A DNA stretch of 49,301 nt. Source: Myxococcota bacterium. GTDB taxonomy: Bacteria; Myxococcota_C; UBA6777. The notes under the pieces are model-generated. The model ran no database searches. It was given only the letters and a program-made list of their open reading frames with translations, and was not told where the DNA came from. Made by a program: the position numbers and the translations under genes. Of the stretch, positions 10,101-18,518 are shown piece by piece; the stretch's first letter is position 1, and each line of letters starts with the position of its first letter. The DNA lies in assembly GCA_023150835.1 (NCBI GenBank), contig JAKLKB010000051.1:1-49301 (forward strand). Reading direction: 5' to 3'.

Positions 10101-10347
10101 CGGTCTGTTCGCCGCCGTCGGGGTTGGTGGTGCCGTCAGGGTTGGTGGTGCCATCAGGGTTGGTGGTGCCGTCGGGGTTGGTGCCGTCAGGGTTGGTGGT
10201 ACCGTCGTTTTTGTTACCGCCGTCGTTGGTGTTGCCGTCTTGACCGACAAAGCCGTCAGTAATGCACCCAAGCAGGGCTGTGGGGAGCGTGAACCACACA
10301 AGAAAAAGCCCCGCTCCGAGCCAAAAAAAGGGGCGTTTTGATCGCAT
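7138..10347 (-). CDS. Lipoprotein glycoside hydrolase family 57 (amylopullulanase-like) with N-terminal Ig-like and C-terminal DOMON/CBM9-like domains; true end probably 6798
   Basis: All five GH57 conserved regions: WHQHQP, EVITTPFYHPILPL, GMWPGEGSV (Glu nucleophile), ILDGENAWE (Asp acid/base), AEGSDWFWW; lipobox LLGC; AAGGAG RBS; PDGTTN linker repeats. Confidence 0.92.
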   Translation of the reverse strand: MRSKRPFFWLGAGLFLVWFTLPTALLGCITDGFVGQDGNTNDGGNKNDGTTNPDGTNPDGTTNPDGTTNPDGTTNPDGGEQTVTPEQTNNEQGQTESIIPEPLGPEPFRLLSAFSGGSSGGSAVTLRFNNKVDPTTGAVIANFRTTPILPITAAKVDGFFVQLTLDASKPIDPNRLYTVRVDNVKDINNQELEADARTSEIKSRLYVNLIWHQHQPMYVDPLKDEMQGPWVRKHATKSYYDMAGVLEKYPDVHLTINLTAVMLIQLQLYIDRLGPYYDKATNRIKAAEFLKDWRGKTDPWVDLLLSPTPEPATMSTKIRGHFYDDPWATVSTSPQVMRFWPEYEALRDKNRQQYTKEDLLKLKFFFEIAWMDPDFTKGPVKLPDGDTVDLSDVVEQRADGRKYIKVPITEDLCNRMVAESYKIMKNVVGIHKKLQYNPLTKKGQIEVITTPFYHPILPLIHDTDLAKKTSFVDDIKLPPQPFQYPQDAFAQVAKARYYYRTLFGIDPQGMWPGEGSVAEETNIHYIQNNVRWIATGEDNLRRSKPENQALFYPYRVDSDTQVGTSKDELMIVFRDNKISDLIGFGIQGLAGETAATRLIEAIAANAPPFGAKDRLLTIILDGENAWENFTIDYDAKDFFNAFYGKLQDSFKRGDIIGVTPSEYIDGNPDRGIPAHPVKDLQELEPLNAGSWIDGTFRVWIGEDEETCGWNHLLRARQDLDRAGIPRPNPASPTPPESSPAYNAYMAWESIYAAEGSDWFWWFGDDMTTPANDDSGFDNVFRALLTAAYRFANKAGATLTIPSFRPCVQPKPKPVPDSPCTACPTIDGQFTRGTAEWTDDGGFIKDPDSAGDIPDPNDDIDSVFIAFDLNKLYLGILSSEILSDKLGKNYKLIIYFSHRNILNRTTGQVKDDAKNDKTPAGTVLPMRTGGAARRLILDFSGTQVKATMQTANGSGGWSDVATNGVVLGGPATGQKLIEMSVPWTDLNLSVKAGEYDPLEVMVIAEEGGKEIDVAPNFGTFTVFEDASDAVFVTFEVDVSGTEEPLDKYKTCCKEQPKNKSRRCLHRRKPP

Positions 10348-10468
10348 ACATCTCTCCTTCGATCTCTATCTGCCCCCGATTCGGGGGACGACTTCTTGAA
10401 GACAGGGGGAGGCACATCTAAAGGCCGATGTGGCGGGCTTTGGATGTGTCTGTTTGGGATGTCGGGGG

Positions 10469-13003
10469 TTATTGGATGACGGTGATATCGGCGGACTTGG
10501 AGGTGCGATAAGGAACGCGGGGCTGCGTGGTGTTTCCGTCGATATCGCAGTACCAGAAGTTGAGTCCGCCATCGCTGCTAAAGCGGTAAGCGTAGTTGTA
10601 GGTGCCGGCTTTTTCGATGGTGAGGGAGCCTTGGTACTCGTCTTCGTTGTCACCGGGTTTTGGGGTATAACCGGGGTTGTGTCGGGCGTTGGTCCAGACC
10701 CAGTTGTTGTCGGTGGTGGGATCGGAACCCTTGGGTCCGTGACCGACTTGTCCGACGATGCCGACGCCGCCTTTGCCGGGGCCTGTGACGTTTTGTTTCC
10801 AGACACGCCCGTAGATGGTGGGGCTGGGGTTGCCTGCGACGGCAGCGGGAATGGCGGGAGTGACGGAGGAATCGGGGATGCCTTTGGGCCATTGGATGAT
10901 GCACCAACCGACGGTTTCGGAGAAACCCGTGTAGGTGAAGCCTTGGGCGAGGGTTGCGCTTTGTCCGCTGTTCGAGGCGGCCACATCGACTCGTCCGATG
11001 GTTCCGGCGGGTACGGTGACTTCGGCTTCGGTTTTGGAGAGTACCTTGACGGTGGTGGCGTTGTTGTTGCCGAATTTGACGGTCATTCCTGAGGCAAAGC
11101 CGCCGCCGATCAGCTTGACTTTGCTTCCACCGACTGGGAGGCTGGTGTCAGGAACGACGGACTTGAGGGAGAATTGGTTGGGGTTGACGGCGTTGTTATC
11201 GTAATTGAAGCCTTTGGGGAAAGTGTTGGATTGATTGTCGGTGTTGGTGACGGTGACATCGACAAGTCCAGCGGTCGGGCTTGCGGGGGTTTTGCAGGTG
11301 ATGCGTTGCGCGGAGACGAGCTTGATATCGGTGGCTGCAACACCGCCGAAGGTGACTTTGACGCCTGTAAGAAAACGGTCGCCGTCGATGGTGATCTCAC
11401 TGCCGCCCGCGAGAGGGCCGGCGCTGGGTTGCAGCAGGTAGATCACGGGGGCGGTGTTGGGGTTGGTGCAGACGGGGTCGTTTTGGCAACGCGGGAGAGT
11501 GCAATCGGCGGGAGTACAGGGCTTTCGGTTGCAGGTCCCTGCGGTGGTGTCACAGATCTGCGAGTCGGGGCAGTCTTTGTCTTGGAGGCAGTCTTGGCAA
11601 GCGCCTTTGGTGGTGTTGCATTTTTTGCCATTTTGACATTCGCTGTCTTGTTTGCATCCTGTGGCTTGGCAGACTTGTTGATTTTTACAGCGTTCGTTGG
11701 CGCAATCGTTGGCGTTGCAGGGGCGGCAAGCGTTGGCCTCGCAGACTTCGCCTGTTTGGCAAGCGCTGTCGCCCGAACAGCCGGCGGTTTGGCAAACAGG
11801 TTTGGTTTTGCACTTGGTTTCTTTGCAATCGTTGGGGGTGCAATCGCGGCAAGCACCATTGGCGCAGACCTGATCGCCCGGACATGCGGCGCTATCGGTG
11901 CAGACACCTTGACAAACGGGTTTGTCTTTGCAGCGGGCTTCGGCGCAATCGTTGGGGGTGCAGGGGGGCTCTTTGCCTTTGCAGACGATGATCGCGGTGT
12001 TGTCGACGGCTCCACGGCTATCTTTTTGGTAGATGAGTTCTTGTTTTTCGTCTTCGGAGAAGGTGCCATCGCCGTTGCAGTCGGCCCATACGGTGACACC
12101 GTCCTTGACGGCGCGGTCGTCGATATCTTTGTATTCACGGCCCGTTGCGGAGTTGAATTGGAAGACAAACTGGACAGCGCGTTCAAAGGCGAGTTTTCCG
12201 TAGTGAGGGCTGTAGTCGAGGACTTTGCTTTGGACGTAAGTGTGGACGCCGTCGCCTTTGGTGTCGTCGCCGTCGGTGCCTTTGTCGAGGATCTGGATCG
12301 GGGCCCAGTCGCTCATGGTGCCTTTGAGGAAGATCGGGGTTGCGGGATCGGTGAGTTTGAATTCGTTGGGCATCTTGTTGGTGTCGAGGGCGATCTTGAT
12401 ATCGATGCTTCCGTGTCGTGGGATCTTGAGACCTTGGGCGCGAAGGACATCGGTGGAGCCTTTTTTGACGACGATCTTTCCGTTTGCGCCTTCCCACAGC
12501 CAGTTGTCATCTTCGTTGATCACGCCGTATTCAAACTCGATATCGCGGTCTGCTGCGGGTTTGACAAAGACGACGGTTCCGAAGATGTGGTCACCTTTTT
12601 TGGAGCCGACGGGTTCATGGCCGCCTTGGTCGATGGGTCCGTCGTCATAGAGTGGAGGGAAAGGTCCGTCGGTGGGCTGCCATGCGCTGGCGTACGCGAC
12701 GGTGTTGGTTTTTGCGTCGTACACAAACGAGCCGTTCCAGCGAAGTTGCCCATCTTTGTAAGTTTTGTTGGCGGAGTCGTCGATGGTGAATTCAAGGGCC
12801 GCATAGCCAGGGGGGGCGGGCCATTTTCCGTTGGCGGTGCCGTCGGGGTTGGTGGTGCCGTCGGGGTTGGTGGTGCCGTCGGGGTTATTGCCTCCGTCTT
12901 GGTTGGTTTTTTCGGAGGGAGTCGACGAGGGGCATCCGTAAGTGGAAAACAAAAAGAGGGTGACAAACAGGGATAAAAAGAGATGTACAATCGATCGTTG
13001 CAT
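10469..13003 (-). CDS. Modular lipoprotein: two 'DDG..GD' (choice-of-anchor X/CBM-like) modules, Cys-rich repeats, two IPT/TIG domains, C-terminal amylopullulanase-associated domain
   Basis: Lipobox TYGC; LYDDGPIDQGGHEP..GDHIF; IFLKGTMSDW..DKGTDGDDTKGDGVHTY; CxxDxxC repeats; PSAGPLAGGSEITIDG..VTFGG; YGRVW..GQVGHGP..DEYQG..GTYNYAYRFSSDGG. Confidence 0.8.
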   Translation of the reverse strand: MQRSIVHLFLSLFVTLFLFSTYGCPSSTPSEKTNQDGGNNPDGTTNPDGTTNPDGTANGKWPAPPGYAALEFTIDDSANKTYKDGQLRWNGSFVYDAKTNTVAYASAWQPTDGPFPPLYDDGPIDQGGHEPVGSKKGDHIFGTVVFVKPAADRDIEFEYGVINEDDNWLWEGANGKIVVKKGSTDVLRAQGLKIPRHGSIDIKIALDTNKMPNEFKLTDPATPIFLKGTMSDWAPIQILDKGTDGDDTKGDGVHTYVQSKVLDYSPHYGKLAFERAVQFVFQFNSATGREYKDIDDRAVKDGVTVWADCNGDGTFSEDEKQELIYQKDSRGAVDNTAIIVCKGKEPPCTPNDCAEARCKDKPVCQGVCTDSAACPGDQVCANGACRDCTPNDCKETKCKTKPVCQTAGCSGDSACQTGEVCEANACRPCNANDCANERCKNQQVCQATGCKQDSECQNGKKCNTTKGACQDCLQDKDCPDSQICDTTAGTCNRKPCTPADCTLPRCQNDPVCTNPNTAPVIYLLQPSAGPLAGGSEITIDGDRFLTGVKVTFGGVAATDIKLVSAQRITCKTPASPTAGLVDVTVTNTDNQSNTFPKGFNYDNNAVNPNQFSLKSVVPDTSLPVGGSKVKLIGGGFASGMTVKFGNNNATTVKVLSKTEAEVTVPAGTIGRVDVAASNSGQSATLAQGFTYTGFSETVGWCIIQWPKGIPDSSVTPAIPAAVAGNPSPTIYGRVWKQNVTGPGKGGVGIVGQVGHGPKGSDPTTDNNWVWTNARHNPGYTPKPGDNEDEYQGSLTIEKAGTYNYAYRFSSDGGLNFWYCDIDGNTTQPRVPYRTSKSADITVIQ

Positions 13004-13046
13004 GGATACGGCTCCTTGGGTCGATCAAGACCTTGGGGGAAGAGTC

Positions 13047-14618
13047 CTATTCACATTTGAGGGTTTGGGGCTGTGCGTTGGCAAAGACGCGGTAGCCGTC
13101 GAGGGTGCAATCTTGATCCCAGTCGGTGGGGCGCTCGTGAGTGTCGGGCAGACCATCGTTGTTTTGGTCGACTTTGCAGCCACAATCGGGGTGGTTTTTG
13201 CGGGGGTCGGGTTGTCCACAAGCATCGGCGGGTGGTTCACGAAAGCAGATCAAGCCGGTGGCTCCTTTGAGTTGGAGGGTGTTGACGCGGTCTTTGTTGC
13301 TGGTCTCGTCAGCAAAGTTGTCGTGTCGTGCGACAAACCCATCGCCGTTTTGGTCGACCACTTCCAAGAGTCGTTGGTTGCCGGGGAATTCTTCGGTTCC
13401 GCCCCAGACATCGCTGTAGAGGCCGTAGGTATATTTGTAGCCGACGCGCAAAGTCTCGATACATTGGTTCTTGTGGCAGATGGCTTTGTCGCCGCAGTCG
13501 GTGGCTTGTTGGCAGCTTTGGCCTGTGGCCTTGGGTGCGTCAAGCAACATGGTATACGTCCAGACTCCATCCCCTGCGATCAGGTCTCCGTTGGTGCCGT
13601 CATCGTACATCTGGATCTTGTTGGGTTCCCAGTTGCTGAGTTGGTTGGTGAGTTGCGGGCTGATGATCGCGGAATCTTTGTGGACGCCACCTGTGATGTA
13701 GACCTTGCATTGTTCGCAAGAAGCGCCGCCGTAGCGTTTGGCGTGTTTGAATTGATTGATCACCGCGCAGTTTCCGTCTTTTGCGTTTTGATTGATCGTC
13801 AAGGTAAAGATCACGCGGATCTTTTCTCCAAAGGTACAGGTGGGGAGAGCGAGTTTTTGAAGGGCGAGGGCGAGTAGTTTATCAAAGGCGACGGTGTCTT
13901 TTTCGGGTCCATCGGCACATTCGGCTGGAAGGCCATCGCTTGGGGCGCAATAATCGGTGCCGCTTCCGAGGGCAGAGGCGTTGAGTCCGCTCTTTTCGAC
14001 CGCTGGTAGGTCGTTTCCGCTGGCGGGTTTGTAACGTGCGCTCAAAAAGATCGGCTGCTTGGCTTTTTTGGCAAAGTCGAGAAGCTTTTGGACGGCTGAT
14101 TGGAGTTGAAGGACTTGTTTTTCTGAGGACTCGTTGGCGCGTTTGAGTAAGATATCGAGACCTTGGGTGGGATAATTCACGACTTCAAGGCCGCGTGTGC
14201 TGAGCAAGGCTTCGACGATCAAAGCGGTGGCGGTGCTTTTCGCATCAAGGGTGCCGGCATCGGTTGTCACTTCTTGTTTGGCGGTGGGGACGATGGTGCG
14301 CAAGACGACTCCGCCGCTGGTGGCATCGACGATCAAGTTGTTAAAGTCGGTGCCTTGGGGGAGTTCGATCTGAAAGGCTCCGTTGCCATCGGCTTTTCCA
14401 GAGGCGATGGTTGCGGAAGCAGCGCGGATGGTGATCTCGGCGTTGGCAAGGGCATTTGCGGTGCCGCTGATCTTGGTGACAGGTTTGATCTCAGGAGGTT
14501 TGGGAGGCTCGATCTGGCTGATTCCTCCGCCGATCAAGGCTTCGAGGCCGCAACCTGCGACAGACGGGACAAAAAAAACAAAACACACAAACCAAGTCCA
14601 AAAGATTCTACGTTGCAT
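13047..14618 (-). CDS. Lipoprotein with Ig/carboxypeptidase-regulatory-like N-terminus and CBM20-like/choice-of-anchor X module
   Basis: GGAGG RBS, lipobox VAGC; VYITGG..LSNWEPNKIQMYDDGTNGDLIAGDGVWTY..GYKYTYG..WGGTEEFPGNQR. Confidence 0.8.
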   Translation of the reverse strand: MQRRIFWTWFVCFVFFVPSVAGCGLEALIGGGISQIEPPKPPEIKPVTKISGTANALANAEITIRAASATIASGKADGNGAFQIELPQGTDFNNLIVDATSGGVVLRTIVPTAKQEVTTDAGTLDAKSTATALIVEALLSTRGLEVVNYPTQGLDILLKRANESSEKQVLQLQSAVQKLLDFAKKAKQPIFLSARYKPASGNDLPAVEKSGLNASALGSGTDYCAPSDGLPAECADGPEKDTVAFDKLLALALQKLALPTCTFGEKIRVIFTLTINQNAKDGNCAVINQFKHAKRYGGASCEQCKVYITGGVHKDSAIISPQLTNQLSNWEPNKIQMYDDGTNGDLIAGDGVWTYTMLLDAPKATGQSCQQATDCGDKAICHKNQCIETLRVGYKYTYGLYSDVWGGTEEFPGNQRLLEVVDQNGDGFVARHDNFADETSNKDRVNTLQLKGATGLICFREPPADACGQPDPRKNHPDCGCKVDQNNDGLPDTHERPTDWDQDCTLDGYRVFANAQPQTLKCE

Positions 14619-14712
14619 CGGGGGACCTCCTCTGGTCCAAGGGAGCGGAAGATACCGCTGGCTGGGGTCGAGCGTGTTCGGAACACGCTGATCCCCCAAA
14701 TTTTTGATTCGG

Positions 14713-14883
14713 TAGGAGTGACGCAGTTGCCAAAAATCCCCGCGTTCGTGAAGGTTGAAGCGGAGCCGTCGTTGGTTTGAAAAACATCTGTTTCTTCCGC
14801 CTACACGGGGTCAAGGGGGCGGTGACAAGGAAGCGGGGCGTGGGGCTGCGCCCCACAAAACAGATCCAACCACGCCACTCCGA
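14713..14883 (+). mobile_element. Family A MITE-like element
   Basis: Left end TAGGAGTGACGCAGTTG, family A interior, decayed right end CCAACCACGCCACTCCGA; flanks ttcgg/tgcgg. Confidence 0.8.
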
Positions 14884-14916
14884 TGCGGAAAAACGCTTTG
14901 TGCGAGAGGCGAAGGA

Positions 14917-16869
14917 TTACCACGCGACGCTTGCGGTGGCTTTGCTGCGCCAAACGCGCCAATATCGGTCTTCGAGGATGCGTTGTGCGGGATCGGAGAT
15001 GTGACGATCACGCAGCAGATCCCGATGGATATATTCGAGGTAATAGTTGATCTTGACCCCCCCAAAGTCAAAGCCGAGCTTGAGGTAGGGTTTGTATTTG
15101 TTGGTGATAAAGCCTGAGTATCCTTGTTCGTCGTTTCCAAAGACGCGGTTTTCGCGCCAGTGATAGAAATGGAAACCCGCTTCGACACGCAACCAATCGG
15201 CGATCGGGTAAGCCACCGCGCCATGCGCAAAGATCAGATCTCCGACATAATCGTCGTCCGCGATCTGCTTTTGGCGGGTGTCGACGTCGCGGATGTATTT
15301 TCCCGAAGCGATCAGCTCAAGTCCCCGACCGACGGGAGCGGTATAACGAAGGGCAAGGCGGAGGATCACGGTGTAGCGGTCTTGATAGCGGCGGTAGACG
15401 TTGCGGGAGTCGCGGCCAAAGTCTTGGCGGTTGACGTTGTTAAAGAAGTCGAGATCGGTGAGGCCGGTATGAAGGCCGGGATAGCTTGGATAGAGGCTAT
15501 CGACGGGGCGGGGGACCAGTTCACCGTTGCTGCCTGTGGGGTTGTTGGTGGTGTAGGTGATAAAGGTTCCTTCGAGTAAGACTTTGAGGCTGTCACGAGC
15601 GAGTTCGGTGATCAAGGTGCCACCGGCCCAACCGATGATGCTTTCGGCCCATCGTTCGTCAAAGTCCATAAATTCGTTGGCGACGTTGAGGGTGGGGACT
15701 TGATCGCCACCAAGGAATCCGTCGGTCAACAAGACGTCTGTTTCTCGGCGTGCGCCAAAGGCCGAATTGAACTCCGAACCGATGTAGAATCCTTCAAGTT
15801 TAAAGGACAGGCCCGCATCGAAAGGATCATCGATAAAGACGCGCCCACGCAAGGCCAAGCCGCCCGATTGAGGCCAGACGTAGCTAAAGAAACCACCTTC
15901 GGGGATGCGGTTGGTGGCGTAGATGGCTTTGCCCGTGATCGGGTCGGTGGCGTCGTTGATACGGTTGTAGGTGTAGGCTGCGAAGGCATAAGCCGTCACT
16001 TTGTCACCGATCTCAAACTTGGCGTCGAGGGTGGTGGCGTTGGTAAAGAAGCGGTTGGCAAGCGAGACGGCCCCATCTTTGGCCCCTGTGGGATTGAGGG
16101 TTCCGAGCGAGTCGGGATCGTAGCGGTTGGCTTCCCAGTCGGCTGCGACCATCGAAACGATGTTGAACGAAAACCAGCTGGTGACGGTAAAGTCGAGTCG
16201 AACAGCATAAGCGTAATCTTGGCTGTAAAAAGGATTGGTCAGGGCGGTGTCACCGAGTCCTGTGGTCCAACCCGGGCCGATCCACATCTTGGGCAAAGGG
16301 ATCACTCCGCCGTAATAATGCAGCCATTCACCGAGTTTTCCGTCCACAAAGATGCCCTTGCCGTTGTCTCGGTCGATAAATCGGACTTTTCCCACGGTCC
16401 ATGCGTTGAACTCTGAATAGTCCGAACTACCGACATGAACGAAGTTCACAAAGTCCACAGGGACGCGGATACGAAACCAATAACCCCGAAGCTTCATGTA
16501 TTCGGCGTGGTTCATCCCCAAGGATTCGCCCGTGTTGTTGGCGAGCGGCTGGAGATCGCCGTTTTCCCACCAGTTGTGCCACAGCGCGCCAAAGCGGCTC
16601 TTGATGCGGACGCCTGCGGTGACGTAACGGCTGACTTTGCCTCGGATCGTCATCTCAAACTCCGAAGCCACGCCATTGTCACCCGAAAAGTTGTCTTTGA
16701 AAGCAGGGTTGCCCAAGAACAAGATCCCTTGCGAGTCGTTGTTGCGGTACAGCCACTTGGTAAAGATCTGGCCTGCAAAGTCAAAGTTCGCGATATCTGC
16801 TCGAACAGCGGGGGTTTGTAGCCACAAACCGATCAAGAGGAACCAAATGAGAAGGCGATGGCGAAGCAT
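14917..16869 (-). CDS. Probable outer-membrane beta-barrel protein (putative maltodextrin porin)
   Basis: Signal peptide ending AVRA; many amphipathic aromatic-rich strands; C-terminal KATASVAW with terminal aromatic; lies directly upstream of the three lipoprotein genes. Confidence 0.7.
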   Translation of the reverse strand: MLRHRLLIWFLLIGLWLQTPAVRADIANFDFAGQIFTKWLYRNNDSQGILFLGNPAFKDNFSGDNGVASEFEMTIRGKVSRYVTAGVRIKSRFGALWHNWWENGDLQPLANNTGESLGMNHAEYMKLRGYWFRIRVPVDFVNFVHVGSSDYSEFNAWTVGKVRFIDRDNGKGIFVDGKLGEWLHYYGGVIPLPKMWIGPGWTTGLGDTALTNPFYSQDYAYAVRLDFTVTSWFSFNIVSMVAADWEANRYDPDSLGTLNPTGAKDGAVSLANRFFTNATTLDAKFEIGDKVTAYAFAAYTYNRINDATDPITGKAIYATNRIPEGGFFSYVWPQSGGLALRGRVFIDDPFDAGLSFKLEGFYIGSEFNSAFGARRETDVLLTDGFLGGDQVPTLNVANEFMDFDERWAESIIGWAGGTLITELARDSLKVLLEGTFITYTTNNPTGSNGELVPRPVDSLYPSYPGLHTGLTDLDFFNNVNRQDFGRDSRNVYRRYQDRYTVILRLALRYTAPVGRGLELIASGKYIRDVDTRQKQIADDDYVGDLIFAHGAVAYPIADWLRVEAGFHFYHWRENRVFGNDEQGYSGFITNKYKPYLKLGFDFGGVKINYYLEYIHRDLLRDRHISDPAQRILEDRYWRVWRSKATASVAW

Positions 16870-17314
16870 GCGTTTACTCTACCTGTGGAGGGGGGGGCGG
16901 CGATCTGTCCCTGATCGTGGTGCATCTACCCTAAAATAAAGGGAAAATCTTGTCGTCCTGACAATCCTGATGCAAAAGCGCGGCGAATATAAAACAAGTT
17001 AGAAAAAGATCACAACCCATTTGTGCATCCGAAACCAAGCCTTGGGTGGCTTTGGCGAATGAAGTCTTTGTTTTTGAATGATAAATTTTTTGAATTTTTT
17101 TTCGCCCTGTCGATTTTTTTGGCTTGGCTAGGTGCTGAATATTGCTTCATTTTTTATGGATGCGAGGTGCTGTTGGGCATGATTTTTTGAAGCGCGATTC
17201 AGCGCCTGAGCGGAAGCGTGTATGGAAGTTGAGAAAGAGGCGGTAGTAAGGGCGTGTTGATGTTATTGTAAGATTTTTTGTGCAAGAGAGCAGCGAGGAT
17301 CGATGTCGAGAGCG

Positions 17315-17553
17315 GGGTGTTCGTTCGCATAAGCTACGCGGATCTGCTTTGCGTGCAGGTTTGTTGTAGGGGATCCCGGGTGTTCGTTCGGATAAGCTAC
17401 GCGGATCTGGCGGATATCGAGGGTGCGGTGTTGCGGTGTTGCAGGGTGTTCTTTCGCGTAGACCGTGTGGATGGTGGCGAGATGACGCTTGCGTCCAGAT
17501 GGTGGATGACGGGGTGTGTGTTATTTCGCGTAGACCATGTGGATGGTGGCGAG
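17315..17553. repeat. Four degenerate ~32-40 bp repeats at 63-72 bp spacing, related to the 3' end of the DOMON gene
   Basis: GGGTGTTCGTTCGSATAAGCTACGCGGATCTG at 17315 and 17378; TTTCGCGTAGACCRTGTGGATGGTGGCGAG at ~17452 and ~17524 (the latter inside the gene end). Confidence 0.75.
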
Positions 17554-18336
17554 TTTGCCGTTGCCATCGCAAGAGAAAGAAGAGAGTTGTTTGTGTTGTT
17601 CGGCTTTTTCGCTGTCGTTGCCTTGGCCTTTTCCAGCGAGCATATCGATGACGTGAGGATCGCAGTTTCCGTCGTTTCCGCCGCCAAAGCGGTGTTCGCC
17701 GTTGTATTCGTTGACGGGGCGGGTGAGTAGGTCGGTTTTGGTGGGGTAGCCTTCGTTGCTTTGGAGGAGGACTTGGAATCCCCAAGCGGTGCTGAAGCCA
17801 CCGAGGGCGGATTTGGGGACGATGGCGATCATGGTTTTGCCGGATGCGCTGGTGGAGGTGGGGATAACGATATCGCTTTTGAATTTGCGGGCTTTGAGGT
17901 TAATCTCGCTTTTGAGTCGGGTGGTGCCTTGAGGGCTGATCAGGACGACTTTGTTCCAGCGATGTCCTTTGGCGAATTGGACGTTCATCCCGGGGAGAGC
18001 TTGGCTGTGGCCGCCTTTTCCGGTTTTGATGTAGACTTGGGCGAATTGGACGCTAAAGCCATTTCCGCCCCATGAGCGGGAGTTCCAGACATCGCGGAGG
18101 CGATTGCGGACGGTGATGCGGAATTCCACATTGCTGCCTTTGTCGGTGATCTTGACGTGGGTAAGGTCAAAGTCGCCTTTTTGGTAGTCGCCTTTGGTGG
18201 GGTAGATGTACTTTCCGGGTCCGTTGTCGTCGCCTTTGGGGTCTTTGAAGGAGACGGTGTCGTTGGCGTATGAAGCGAGAGGAAGGGCAAAGAAAGCAAG
18301 CAGGGCGAGAACAGAGGACAAAGCAAGTCGGGTCAT
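17521..18336 (-). CDS. Secreted glucodextranase DOMON-like (amylopullulanase C-terminal binding) domain protein
   Basis: Signal peptide ending ASYA; FKDPKGDDNGPGKYIYPT, GDFDLT, NGFSVQFAQVYI, LPGMNV, FGGG..PHVID; AGGAG RBS. Confidence 0.85.
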   Translation of the reverse strand: MTRLALSSVLALLAFFALPLASYANDTVSFKDPKGDDNGPGKYIYPTKGDYQKGDFDLTHVKITDKGSNVEFRITVRNRLRDVWNSRSWGGNGFSVQFAQVYIKTGKGGHSQALPGMNVQFAKGHRWNKVVLISPQGTTRLKSEINLKARKFKSDIVIPTSTSASGKTMIAIVPKSALGGFSTAWGFQVLLQSNEGYPTKTDLLTRPVNEYNGEHRFGGGNDGNCDPHVIDMLAGKGQGNDSEKAEQHKQLSSFSCDGNGKLATIHMVYAK

Positions 18337-18518
18337 GTGTGTCAGATCTCCTATCGGGTTGTGTTGCGGGCTTTTCCCGAGGATTCGGGGTCAGGTGTCC
18401 CGCGTTGGACGGAAGAGAGGTTGTTTTATGCACCGTGAGGTGCGTTGTTTTGTGGGTGGGTGGTGTATCGTGTTTGTGGAGACGAAGTCAAGGGCGTGAT
18501 CGGCGATCCGTGATGGAG

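Noticed and set aside
8305-12976. Long plus-strand ORFs (8305-9576, 9589-10341, 11174-12976 and others)
   Set aside because: Antisense shadows of strongly biased minus-strand genes; V/G/D-rich with no motifs
17147-17801. ORFs 17147-17785 and 17397-17801 with repeated peptides
   Set aside because: Alternative frames across the DOMON gene end and its DNA duplications; no independent coding evidence
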